DNA of 64,000 bases from NCBI GenBank assembly GCA_040285855.1, contig JAUFOQ010000004.1:1922001-1986000 (forward strand), in the 5' to 3' direction. Under the pieces are notes generated by a model that did not search any database, was not told the DNA's origin, and saw only the letters and a list, made by a program, of their open reading frames with translations. Shown one piece after another: positions 37,768-50,411 of the stretch. The translations under genes and the position numbers were made by a program. Source of the DNA: Eukaryota sp. GEM-RC1 (Eukaryota). Each line of letters begins with the position of its first letter. Within the stretch, counting starts at the first letter, position 1.

Positions 37768-40026
37768 ATGATGGAATTCAAAAATATTCCTTTACAGTAA
37801 ACCGACTTCTTGTCACGCTATCAACTTCGTGAGTCAAACGATGTATTGAAACCGGTCATCATCAAATCTTCTGACCTACGCAAGCTCAAACTTGCAGCAC
37901 GAACTTCTCATAATGAATTGTACCACGGTCAATACGGGGTAAGAGACATTGTCCTAAAGCAACACTATTTCTCAGATGACAACTTGGAAGTGATTCAATG
38001 TTACCTTAAGCGAGTCTATCAAACTTACAAGACACTCCATCCCCCTATCAATGTTACAGCCACACTTGGTGTTGTACTGGATCCCCATGGAATAATATAA
38101 GAGCGCTTGACGTGTTCGTTACAGCAAAGGTTCGGTATAAATAACTATTTTTCCAATGATACAACCGCCAGAATCATTGAGTATGCTGCATCCGGTTTGT
38201 CGTGCTTCCACAATTCTGGTCATGTTCATGGCAACATTTTTCCTGGAAGTATTATGTTGGAAATCCGGAACGATGAGTTACAGCTAGTAAAAGTTGGTGA
38301 CTACGATCATTCTTGTACCGCTGATGGAACAGTCACTCATCAACGTCTAGACACCCTGGCCTATATGGCCCCTGAAGTCATCATGTGTCACTCTACGAAT
38401 GCCAACTTTCAGACGGACATATTTGCCCTTGGCGTCCTGTATTGGGGTCTTTTAACTAACAGTGATCCATCAACAGCTGCTCCCAACGCTGCCTTACTTC
38501 AGATTCAACGTGTGAATCACAATGGAAAAGCTCTTATCGACATTGAGCTGCTGCAAGACCCTTGGAAATCATTGGTAAGCTCAATGGTCAGTATCAAGGC
38601 TGAGGATAGACCTGATATTGGTGAAGTGCTAGCAGTAGTCCGTGACATAGTGTCCGAATCCAGAGGTATTAAGGTTGAAATCGTTCCACACACAGTCAAA
38701 ATGGAGCTTGAAGATGGGACAACACTTGAACTCGTTGTCCCTTGTTATTCCAAACTCTCTGAGCTCAAGTCTTTGGTGAAATCACAAACAGGGATTCCAA
38801 AACGAGAGCAACTCTATCTAGAAACGGACATTACCTCAAGATTTGTTGACAACAACCGTGCACTTTACTCATGTTCAAAGTCTACATCGTTCTATTTTTT
38901 CCAATCAAAAACCACTCCATCTAATGGAGAGCAAACGATGATTATTGCTAACTGGCTCACCGGAAAGTTTGTCCGTCTTACGGTTAAAAGTAGTGTTTCT
39001 CTATCAGATTAGAAGATTCTTCTAGAGCTGAAATTCAATATTCCTGCTGATGAACAACGACTTCTTCTTCCACGTCCTGACTATACAGTCCGTGTGTTAC
39101 AAAGAAACGAAACTCTTCCCGAACTCTGGGTTGTCCATTTAAGTTTGATTTGGATGACTGTTAATGTGGGTGATGAGATGGAGGTGCAGTATTTGAATGT
39201 GAGACCATTGTCAGATTCGCGTCCGATTCACATTTATGTCTTAGAGACAATGACAGTGTTTGAATTGAAGCACATACTCCACCAACGGGAAGGGATTTAC
39301 CCTCTTCAGCAAAGACTAGTTTTCAACAGCAAGGTGCTGGATAACTTGGATTCATTGTCTGAGTGTGGAGTTTATCATGATTGTACAATTCATTCCTTAA
39401 AGTGGGAAACCGATCATTGTGTTTAGACCTCCAATTAACACCCTTTGGGAGAACACTTGAAACTTGATCCCACTGTTTGGCACTTAACCCACGTTTATCC
39501 CTACCCTGATAAGAAAACTTCCGCTTCTCATTCAGTAGAGTGGAAAGATCTTATAATAGATCAACATGGCTACGTTCATCATCCTCAATATCCTCCTGTA
39601 GCTTCTCTCTTCTGGGAATCGGAGAGTTCTGAAGGATATTCTGTGTTTGCTGATCAATTTGTTAATTCTACAGTTGTGGCACGTCACCAAGTAGCACTTG
39701 TTCTACATCGAAACTTGTTGACTTTTGGTTTTACAATCTCTGAAGCTACGGAGATGGTTACTTATTGGCAACCACACATGGAAAATTTGAAATCTAAAAA
39801 CATTGAACTTGTGATAGTAAAACCTAATCTACTTCAGAAAATTGCCACACTCCATGTAACAATCAATGGAACCACCAGTACACCAATCTACAGGTATTTT
39901 CTTGTGTTTAGACCTACTGGGAGAACACTGACTGGTACTTGTATGTATGATCCTTATGAAGGTGAGTTTGCAACAAGTGGAAAAGTCAATAGTGTTATGG
40001 AGTGGGGTGGAATGTGTTTACCATAG
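37768..40026 (+). pseudogene. Pseudokinase + three ubiquitin-like domains + KPVIYLYP-type C-terminal domain; disrupted
   Basis: Kinase subdomains HGNIFPGSIML, VKVGDYD, YMAPEV, DIFALGV, DRP. Ubl signatures GIPKREQ, NIPADEQRL, EGIYPLQQRLVF. C-domain GKPIIVF..YP..W..LFWE..G....E...M..YW.P..R.F.VF..EWGG. In-frame stops at 37798, 38098 and 39010, plus frameshifts near 39400-39445. Confidence 0.75.
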
Positions 40027-40422
40027 TAGAAGTAGTTAAACAGCGACTTTTATATACAATGACTAATTACAATGCATCATCAATATTAACAAAATTTCTA
40101 TTGAAAGGCAAATATCAATAACTTTCTTTCATTCTGTTTAATGTATATCAACAGGCTCTGGTGACGTAATTGTTTTTGTAATAGTGATGTAGTATACATC
40201 CATCCATTCTAACAAAGGTCATTAAATCTGAATCTATCTGAGGCAATACCACATCATCAATTTTGGTTAAATGCGTTTTATTTCTAATCATGGGTAGATT
40301 GAAACTAAATCTTTCCATGAGATCAAACTGTCTTTCCCAGAAGAATACGGATTGACGGCTCAAATCATTGGATCAATAAAAAATATACTAATAGAAAAAA
40401 ACTAGCGAGTTGATGTGTGCTA

Positions 40423-40540
40423 CAGGGCTCATCATAAATAAATATAAATTCTATTTATTTCTATTTATATTTATTGTTGAGCCTTTTGGCGATCATGCAA
40501 ATAAAACAAAATAAAACAATATATAAATAATTATAAATAA
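40423..40540 (+). repeat. AT-rich interspersed repeat starting CAGGGCTC, copy 2
   Basis: Near-identical to 1222-1331. Confidence 0.7.
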
Positions 40541-40899
40541 AATCTCTTTCGTTAATCCACACACTTGAGGTCCTTTTTACTCAATCTAAGTTCACAACTC
40601 TCTTTTAGATCATAGTCAAAATGAACGCGTGCCAACTGGTGCTGTCAGAATCATCAATATAAACGAAGAATGTGCTCATTTCAATGAAACTGTCAAAATT
40701 TCTTACAGCGGATTAGTAGATGTTGATGAAGCTGTTTTCTCATACAATCCATCTATTCTTTAGGAGTGAACGAAAGAAACTTTATAGCAACTAAAATGCT
40801 GCTCGATCTTTATGGGTCTTGATGAAATGACAATATTTGTGTTTTATTTGTGTTTTAATTATATTTATTTCAAATCGCTTCTTCACCATTCTTAAACCA

Positions 40900-41200
40900 A
40901 AAAGAAACATTCCTTAAAAAATATCCAAGAAGAAGAACGCAGGTCATACTAAGCTAGATAAGCATCTTAGGCCTTATATCATCTCTCAAAAGTTTAGCGA
41001 CTCAACCTTTATCATCGAAAGCCTCGGAACCAATCAGCAGTTTATTGTGTTCAGTTATGAACTGTTTCCTTTTCTTCCTAAGAAACTTAATCATCTTGCT
41101 AAACTTGCCGCTGCCCGCGACCTTGCTGAAGTCCCTGTGTCATCGATTCTTGATCACCGCATTGAAGGATCTAATATGACTTTCGAAGTAAAAATTTGTC
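40900..41200 (+). mobile_element. Relic of a Ty3/Gypsy integrase C-terminus with chromodomain
   Basis: Frames give KLDKHLRPYIISQKFSDSTFIIESLG...LFPF (GPY/F-like module) and AARDLAEVPVSSILDHRIEGSNMTFEV (chromodomain start). Confidence 0.6.
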
Positions 41201-42380
41201 AATGACATTGAAAGTTAATAACATCTTAGTTCCTTACGTGATAACAGTAGAACAAACGAGTATCTACTTGACTATTGATCGCAACACGGTATCCAACTGC
41301 CTCCACACGAAAGAAGGAAGAAGAAGTGTTGCCAGATTTGCCACGTGAGTCAAGAGATTTCACTTGATAAAACCATAACGCAATCCCATAGTAACCTGTT
41401 GGATTCCCTTTATTTCCAATTTTTGTTTGGATCTGCCACATTGAAGGCAAGAGATTATTTTTGAGTAGTGAAACTTGCTCTCACTGCTGACATATATTAC
41501 TAATACTTTTCAGACTAAAACTAAAATTGAGTTCTGGATGACATGAAGATGATAATACCTGTTCTTATATAGTATCACTTTGAATGAGTACAATCCCTCA
41601 GTGAAGTAAAGCTTCTGTTTATTGACCAAGCTTGTCATGGACATCATAGTGAAGTCATAGATTATAGACAAGGGCCAAAACAATTGAGTCCGGGAAAGGA
41701 AAAGCAGGACTCGGTCAAGGTCAATAGAATCTCAATATAGAAAGTAACCACTCCCGAGTAGATCTAATCTAAACAGATTTAACTTCTGATACACAGAGGG
41801 AGAAGATATGAAGGAGTAGGGGAAGACTCTTGGAATCAAGCAATGGTACGTTGCAAACACTGGGTAACAACAGTGGAGTGAACTCTAAGCGACCAATTAC
41901 AAAAAGAGGAAGATCAAAATGGTATCATGAACAGAATTAGTTCACGACACCATTTAAAAGAATGAGCAATGAATTTAGAAGTAGCTGACAGATGTCAGAA
42001 AGAAAGAGATTATGAGAAGAGGACAAGATTTGGGAACATGAAGGTTCTTACAAGTATCTTCACAGCTTCTATTAGATATACCTAATAACTTTTAATGCTA
42101 GTTATGCCATTTTCTTTATCATTAAGAATGTCTGGGTTGACATACTGAACGTGAATGTACTTTCTTGAATTTCCAAGTCACTCCGGAATACTGACAATAG
42201 CTAGCAGTGTAATATTCAGATGAATACAGCATTCTCAGACCAAACAATAACACAAACAACCTGTTTGAAACATGTCAAGTCAAACATATACAACGTGTTG
42301 GTGTTAACACGTGTTTGCACTGAAATTCAGAGTATGGTTTGAAAGAGTCATCATTTCATCCACCACCTCTTCATCTTCCC

Positions 42381-43463
42381 ATGATCTTGTCTTGTCCTTG
42401 CAGCAACATATCTCTTCCCGATATAGTTGAAGATACTTCCTTTAAATCTCCTGCTTCTTCTTTTGGTGTTGTTGGAGTCTGCGAAAGCGATGTTGTGATC
42501 AAGTATAGCCAGTTAGCCACGATTCAAACCAAACCCAATTGGAATGTGTACTGCTGTAAGATTTGTGGTCCCGTTCTGGCGTATAGTCCTTCAACTGGTC
42601 GAGTGGTTTTCCACAGTACTGGAATCACCCCAACCAATACAGATAATTTTGATGATCCTCTTCTCTCCGTGTTTAGCTTAAGATTGCCCTCTAGCATCGC
42701 GAACTCTCAATTTGATCACGAAACAGCCGCTTCCAACGTCTTTTCCTCCATTGGAGATGTTGAACCACAACAACTGGAGTATGCTCTATCAATGCAAGTT
42801 GCTAAATTCATTGATAATGAAACCATTGAGATGCAGAAACGTATAGACAAGTTCATAGCCCAGGAAAGAGAAAAGCTAACATCTCTAACAGCAAGGATCA
42901 AGAGTGTCAGCTCGCTCCTCTCTAACTTAGCCATCACGTCACTCACCTCCAGTTCAGAATCCAAGTTCATCTCAGAAGTCGTTTTCCAATCAGATAACCT
43001 TCTCCCTTCTAGTACAGATTCATTTGATAGTCCAACCCCTGTTCCAACGCCCATTCTACAACCTAAACACGATTTCCCAGAGGAGTCCGCTGGTAAAGCC
43101 AAGAAATCCTCCAAGGAGAAATCTTCAACTACAAAGCTATGTCAGTTTGAAGAGCCTGGATTGCTGGAGCGGGGTAATGATCTAGGAGATTTAGACTCTG
43201 ACGATGATTTTACTGAGACTACTGAACTACCTGTTCCACTGCCTGTGGTCGTTGAAGCTGAGCTGTCGAATCCAGATTGCAAGCCAATCGCAGTATCAGA
43301 TACACCTGACTTCTATGTCCCAGAGAGTGTTCCAGTGCCTGTTAGAGGAGGTCTGGGAGTATCTAATTCGACTAAGGTTGACTCTGCAGATTTAGATGAT
43401 GAGGGAGCGAGGTCAGTAGCTGGGTATAGACGAATGTCGATGTCAATTTTAAGTAAGGAGTGA
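42381..43463 (+). CDS. Uncharacterised protein with N-terminal Cys motifs, coiled coil and acidic tail; PRAS40/AKT1S1(Lobe)-like
   Basis: Intact ORF from ATG 42381: CPC.N, W....CKIC, E..EMQKRIDKFI.QE coiled coil, ESVPVPV. Family assignment is tentative. Confidence 0.55.
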   Translation: MILSCPCSNISLPDIVEDTSFKSPASSFGVVGVCESDVVIKYSQLATIQTKPNWNVYCCKICGPVLAYSPSTGRVVFHSTGITPTNTDNFDDPLLSVFSLRLPSSIANSQFDHETAASNVFSSIGDVEPQQLEYALSMQVAKFIDNETIEMQKRIDKFIAQEREKLTSLTARIKSVSSLLSNLAITSLTSSSESKFISEVVFQSDNLLPSSTDSFDSPTPVPTPILQPKHDFPEESAGKAKKSSKEKSSTTKLCQFEEPGLLERGNDLGDLDSDDDFTETTELPVPLPVVVEAELSNPDCKPIAVSDTPDFYVPESVPVPVRGGLGVSNSTKVDSADLDDEGARSVAGYRRMSMSILSKE

Positions 43464-44589
43464 ATAGTTAATGTAAATGGTGCATAAGTTACCATAGTTT
43501 TAAATTTACTTGTATTGTTGAGTTACCGGAACCTATTCCACTTGTTCGTGTACAGAGTGTGGTAGAAGTCGGTTTGCATAAATATTAACTTAATTAAAAT
43601 TAGTATTATGAATCAAGTATTTATCGTCCACTCTTTTATGAGTAAAAAGCTGTTGGAAGATTTGATAGTGATGAGTGATATCAAATGTAAGTTTCTTAAA
43701 GTTATTACGGTACTTTTATTAAATCAATTCTTCAAAAAAAGTAAGAGATGTAAAATCAAATAGACAAGTCCAGGTCTGACTTCAACAAGTTCAACTGCTC
43801 CTTGAGCTGTTGTATTTCTAGGTCCAAACATTTGAACCTTGCGGAGGAGGGCTTCACTGGTTTGAGCCAGCTGCTCTTTACTGGCAGCATGGCTGCATTT
43901 GAAAATACTTCCTTGGCAACTAATAGAGGGTCGGTCAACTGTCCATGACGAAAGGCTATTTGGTATACCGACTCTAAGGTTAATTTGGCGTTCATTAAAT
44001 GCTACATACTTCCTGGTAGCATTATGCCTAGCACGAACGCTTCGTTGGGCAAAGTCTTGGCCACATGGGCCAAGACTTCAAAAAGAGGAGATCTCTTTCT
44101 CGAAGCGTTCCTTGAAGTGGTGGTATTAGTGAAGGAAAGGGACATAATTGTACCCAAAACATCCACTAGATTTTACTAAAATGACGACTCACTGGGGAGG
44201 TGGAGTGACTCAGTGTTCGCATTGCGAACTTCGCAAACACATGGGTGATTCGAAAAAAGACACGTGTGGTAGGAATTGGTTACTTCTACTTCAATCAATT
44301 CAAGATTTCTCATTGTCCTCTCCTTTCCATAACTGATGAGTACGATAATGAGTGCGATATCGAATAAAGTTACAGCTACCTGCAAGGAAAGTATACTCAT
44401 GTCTGATAGTCAATAAACAGCGCTTTGTCAATCCAAATGTACGTCAAAGTAAGAAGAATGTCTTCTGTTGAATACATTCATTGTCCAAGATTTAGATGCT
44501 GTTATGGTCCACCAATTTACAGATCTCATGCTTTTGTGAAAGGAACAGACTTGAAACTTGATTGAAATAGGACAATTCTCTGGTCCATC

Positions 44590-46332
44590 ATGTCCCAACC
44601 TCCCCTGAAGCAGAACCAAACTCCCTCTGAGTCTATCTCTTCTATTGAAACAATTCCCTTCTCGTTATTGGTACCTATTCAGTCACATCTTCTAAGAATA
44701 CTCTTCTTTCGAAAATATACCTTGTGTTCATCCACATTCAACTACCAATTTTATGAAACAGTATTTACCTTTTTCTCAAAATCTGGTTATGTCAGTCAAT
44801 GTTTCTTCAAATCTGCTACTATAGCAGTTCGTGTCTTCCTTGAACGCCACACTCTTCCTGGAGAACCTGAAGACTTTTCTTTACTTTCTAAGGTGGCTCA
44901 GTACTTTGGAGCTGAGCTTTCTTCTGTTTATCTTAGCGACGATTGCAATCCTCAAGACCTTATCCCTTACAAATCACTTGTTACTTCACTTCGTTTCTCA
45001 AGAACGATAGACACTGATTTCCTTCTATCTTCTTCTACTCTATTCTTTCCCCGTCTTAAACAACTTATGTTGGAAGTAGCTGATGAAGATCTTCTTACGT
45101 TAGTTTGCACAAAATTACAATCTAACACCACGGTGGTGGAATTATCCCTATTTTTATATGAGGAGTGCCCTTCATTGAGTACAAATTTAAAAAAGTTAAT
45201 TTCGGCAAAGACAGCCATCGAAAAGATTTCAATTCCTATATATGATGGTTCTCACACGTCTGTGGATCACCAAACATTTGAAAAATTGTGTTCATGTATT
45301 GCAAACAATTCTCATCTTCGAGAAATTGACTTCAGCGGAATTGTTGTAGATGTCCTTTCAGCGATCAAGCATCTCTTTAATAGTAGATCTATACAAAAAC
45401 TTCACTTACCGCGATATGATGATGACCATTGTCATGTTTCTTTTGAAAAGAATATTTCTTCATCACTCAGAGAATTGTTTATTTACGGAGTGGATCTGAA
45501 GTGTTTAAACGTTTTTGAGTTTACAGAGCATCTTCAACTCACACAGTTCAGTTATTGCTGTAATTTTTCTAAAATCTTTAATTTTTGAGCACAAACTGTC
45601 GATTAAGTGAATTAAGCATCATTAATTGTGAATTCAGTGACCAAGATGTTGAGTCTTTTGAAGACATGTTACGTAATAATCTTCATTTGCGTGTGTTGTC
45701 ACTAATTGATTTAAGTTTAGACGAAATCCAGTTGTCCAAAATTTTTCGAGGTCTGGAAACCAATTATTCGCTGCAAAAAGTACATTTTCAATTTTTAGAG
45801 TTAAATATTCTTCTTTTCATTTATGAACAGTTCCAGTCACAAAAACTAAGTTCACTTATTTCTCTTTCGCCTCATTTTATTGACGTCATCAATAGAATAT
45901 TTTCATATGTGGCGGTAGATTTCATCATTGTTACAGTGCAAGAAATTCCGTATTTAAACACCTTTTGTCCAAATTCCACCTGAAACGGCTTGTTCTAAGA
46001 AGAATTCGTTTTTTCCTCAAGCATTTGCTGCTCTTTGTGGTTTAATTCAACAAAATTCGTCATTGACTTCAATTGAATTCAGTTACTGTCGATTAACTGA
46101 TAAAGATCTTTCCAATTTAATCACTGCACTTCAATCAAAACCTTCGTCTAATCTTAAGAGTATTAGTTTACAATCAAATTACATGTATATTGATTCATAT
46201 ACGGCTATGGTTTTGGTCGAATGGTTGAAGTCATTTCCTTACATTATTGTTCTTGATCTTAAAGGTAATCCCATTCAACCTGAAATCCACCAGTATATTA
46301 GAAGAGTTTATGGTAACCGGGTTCACGTATGA
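44590..46332 (+). pseudogene. Frameshifted divergent LRR protein
   Basis: Three consecutive ORFs with LRR units (LREIDFS, LSELSI.NC, LKSISLQSN, LDLKGNPI); N-terminal domain similar to 28073-29416. Confidence 0.75.
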
Positions 46333-46987
46333 TTAAAATTTAATTAAGTACATCTTCAAAATATTGAATAATTCTTCTTGATTCACCACTTCAAATAACC
46401 ATCAAGGAATTGATAAACTGGCTAGAAATCCATCACTTTTTAATAAAAAGATTGAACCTTTGATTGTAAGAAAGGACCGTTACAAAAGAAAGTAACAACT
46501 ATACACTCTAGTAATCTTATCAAGAGAACAAGCAGCTAAAGTCCAATCAACAATGAACAAGACATAAAAATCATCAACTGAAACACAATATACAACGTGA
46601 TCAAGAAGGTCAGCATGAGTTCAAAAGACCTTCCCATTTCACAAGCGAAACAGACAAACAATCATTTTGTACACATACTAAGTGCAATCAAAAGACAGGT
46701 TTTTTTTGAGGGAATAATTAGGTATTAGGAAGGATTGTTATCTATGGTCACAATTGACTTCAATGAGTAGAGCTAAATAGAGAAAAAAATAATAAATAGG
46801 AATTATTGATATATTCTCTATAAAACAATGTAATATATTATCAGAAGTACTAAATAACCTTCAGTACATGTCAGTGATCGTCAAAATGAAAAACCCTACA
46901 TACGGCAACTTTTCAGACGACTCCGATAAATACTTTCCGTATTTTACCGAAAAAAGTCACAGCAATTAGTCTTAGTGATACTAATTC

Positions 46988-48005
46988 ATAACCTAGTTTC
47001 AATTTTGGAGTGAAAATGAATCTTTTGGTCTATAGAATGAAAAAGTGTTTCATCTATTCCTGATCGATCAATTGAATTTCTACCTCTTGCTGTAGTTAAG
47101 TTACAGAATGCTACATTACTTGGGTTGGAAGACTTGGGTTTTAGTAAAAGACTTAGTGTGACCAAGATTAATAATCTTGTCTTTGCAGCTTTTTTATGTG
47201 ACATTAAACAATGTTCTAGCTTCATCACTCAACAACCTAGACCTTTTGGTTTACATTTGAACAATGATGCTTGGAAGCAAAATATGCGTCTTCGATTAGG
47301 TTTATTCCCTAGTGGCTTGCTAAATAATTCAATCTGTGTTTGCCATAACCGATCTACAGCCACCTTTCGTCATGTTGTTAGTTGCAAAAAAATTTGCAAT
47401 TTCGATCTGTTTTACATAACGCTGTTCGTGACGTTACTTATGAAAATGTTCAAATCCTACAACTATAGTTGTAAAATTGAACCTCTTCTGAAACATTATA
47501 GTGACAATAACGTGTTTGATTCTCGGCGTGGTGACTTAATTGCTCCTTTTCTGGATTCATCTCAAGTTGTGGTTGATTTTACTACAGTTGACCCTTTTGA
47601 AAAGTCTACCAAGACTCCATACTGAATGATTCGAATGGTCATATGGAAAAGGCTGAACAGCGAAAGTGTTCAAATTATGCGGATGCTTTGCAGAAGGTTA
47701 ATGAAAATTTATATTCTAAGTTTTCTTTTGTTCCATTTGCAATTTCAATTTTTGGTAATATTGGTCCAGCCGGTTTAAAGTTTTTCAGTGATTTTAGTCT
47801 TTTATGTCGTTCTAATGGCAAGGTGTTTAATAGCGCTGTATGGATTAATCGAATTATGTTTGCTCTTTATAGAAGCATTCCCAAGTATTTATGTTCCATA
47901 TATTCGAAGTTGTATAGGGACAATTCTCGTGTTGATGTAGAGAATTTAACTTCTTTCATTTTCTGAAACAGCATGTATTAATTTATTGTTGCAAATAAAC
48001 TCTTC
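46988..48005 (+). mobile_element. 5'-truncated RLE non-LTR retrotransposon, family A (longest copy)
   Basis: MRLRLGL..C.C......HVVSC zinc knuckle, H..VRD, EP.L, RRGD and D.TTVDP motifs; same 3' end (GCAAATAAACTCTT) as the other copies. Confidence 0.88.
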
Positions 48006-49824
48006 TCTTTATAGATGGAAAAAGACAGTGATAATATGGACCACATTCTGATGTACTTCGTTTGACCTCAACCCTGGTACGTTGTACTGACACGCTATAA
48101 GACAGCTGGGTGGACTGATCCGCCCTATCACACTACCAAGTTAGTCAAGATATCATTATCTCGACTTCCACCCTTTTCAGTAATCAATGATCTATCACCT
48201 TGCTCTAAAATCAAGAGCTGTTCCCAATCCACACTGATTATTCTAGTCGTTTGATCCTTCTATCTGTTGCTTCTTACTGGGACCCAAGATGAAAGAACTG
48301 ATGCATAGGTATTAAGCATCTCTTGAATATGTACATTTGAGATGAACTTTTGACTCAAAACGACAAATCAAATTGAACGATGAACAATCAGAAAAAATAC
48401 GTGATATCAGTCATTAGGTATTTTTGGGAAAACTGATCATTTTCATAAACACGAAAATGATGATAATAATATCAATTCTCTACGAGGGAGGTTTTTATGT
48501 CATATCTTGATTACTGTCAAACAGTCATCAATTTTCCAAGTATAAATCTTGAATCATATTGTATTATACTTCTGTTGTGTATGATACTGAGACTTATCTA
48601 TACAACACTGGAACATATCGATTGGCAAATGTGTAGACAAAATGCATCAACTATATTCAAACTTGTATTCGTCCTTTAAATTGAATTGTTTTATTGTATC
48701 AGATCTATGAGCGTACGGAATCACTCCAAGGAAAGTGAGCTCTCCAATCCAACTGTCGTCTTACATGTGAGTATTAAACATTGTATAAATAAATTACAAA
48801 GTGATTGATGATAATCTAATTTTATTCAGTCTGTATGAAGCTGTGATCCGTGTAATAATCACAAAGTGTGATTGAGATTGCCAACTATTGTTGTTAATCA
48901 ACTTAAAATTATCTACACTTTTTGGATGTCTTTGCCAAATCCGATAACGGATTTTGCCTATTAAAATCATTAATAGGTATTATAGAAAATTGTGTTATTT
49001 AAGAAAACACTATAAATTGAATTAAACAAAATCGGTGAAATATTTCCTGAATTGTGATTAAAATATCTTAGTTCGTTGATACATTCCAACGACCTATATC
49101 GTACAATTATGTATTTTGCACGTAGCCTTGATACTTCTTGAACTCTCGTTCTGAGTGTTGACGACGTACGGATTCCTCTACTAAAACAACGACAAGACAA
49201 GAATTTCACTGGATCAAATTCGAAGGAACAAAATATACGGCAAGCAATTAGTAATCAAGAAAACGAATGTAATGAATAAGTGGGGGATGATGTCATAACG
49301 CGTTGTATTACTTGCCACCACTAATTTACATGTATTTTAAACGAAAAAAAAACAATAATAGTACCACATCATTCCTTAAAAACAGTCAATGAAATCACAT
49401 TAATCAAATACGTTCCACTTTTCATGTATGACTTTGAGCATAAACTAACATTTTCAAGCACTTAATCAGTGGGAAAAGCATTAGCGATTGACAAATACCG
49501 GTGTGTAGCAACAATGAACAGTGAATTTTCCAACTTGAAAGTCCTTATTAACCATTCATTATGTTATAAGAACTCTGCGACTTCCAGTCTGTTTTTTTAT
49601 TTAATCAAATCTAGGGGTATTGGAAGCGTTAATAAATGGCTTTAACTCCTTTTCGAAAGCATATCTTGAAACACTCCCACAATTTGCTTATTGAAACTTG
49701 ATCCTCTGCTTGAGTATTTTATTTCAAGTTTCTCTGTGGTTGATCTCTTCTTTACAAATTCTTGACTTAAATACACACATGAAAAATACACTTTTTTGTA
49801 TTTTCTGTAATTTTGTATTTCGTG

Positions 49825-50300
49825 CAGTGTTCGAAATTTCCCACGTGTTTTCTAAAAGACACTGTGTCGGTGTTAACACGCGTGTCCACACGGTGTCTTT
49901 GATGTGTCTTTTGGGTGTTTTTGCGTGCTTTTTCGAAAAAAATTCTCATCAACTATAAATAGTTTAACTATCAAAACATTCTACTAGGCCAATTCTTGCC
50001 TTTATCTGACATCCCATCACTGAATCTGGGATTCTGTGGTTCTGTTGAGTTGAATTGTGTTCTAGGTTTGTTTGATAACGCATCATGTGAGTATATTGGC
50101 CACTTTCTGTTGGCATTACAGTCTATTGTGGTATAAGATATAGAAAAACATTCAAGTCGAACAATATCGAGGGAAATAAAAGGGTACTTTCGAAGTTTTC
50201 TAGGTTTTTTGCAGAAAAACACGTACGCACACGGTGTCTTTTTGCGTGTTTTTCAAAAGACACCGTGTCCAAACGTGGCCATGTGTGTTTTCGAACACTG
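49825..50300. mobile_element. 476-bp MITE present only in the left arm
   Basis: TIRs CAGTGTTCGAAA / TTTCGAACACTG; ACACG/CGTGT subterminal repeats; GTG on both sides; absent from the right arm near 57220. Confidence 0.8.
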
Positions 50301-50411
50301 GTGTAATGTGTAGTCAATGTATAAATCCGACTATTGTTTCTGACTATAATTGAAGCTCCATATACACGCTGTTATGTGAGCAATGATACAAGAAATAACT
50401 TTATAAACAAA

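Noticed and set aside
24128..39012. Stop-codon reassignment suggested by in-frame TAA/TAG at 24128, 37798, 38098 and 39010
   Set aside because: BiP and STI1 end in TAG and the vWA gene in TAA. Long conserved genes have no internal TAR codons, and the residues expected at the stops differ (Tyr, Leu). Point mutations or sequence errors are more likely.
41226..42050. Decayed minus-strand coding-like sequence
   Set aside because: Too many stops to assign a family.
43740..44400. Coding-like fragments with higher GC
   Set aside because: No recognisable motif or continuous frame.
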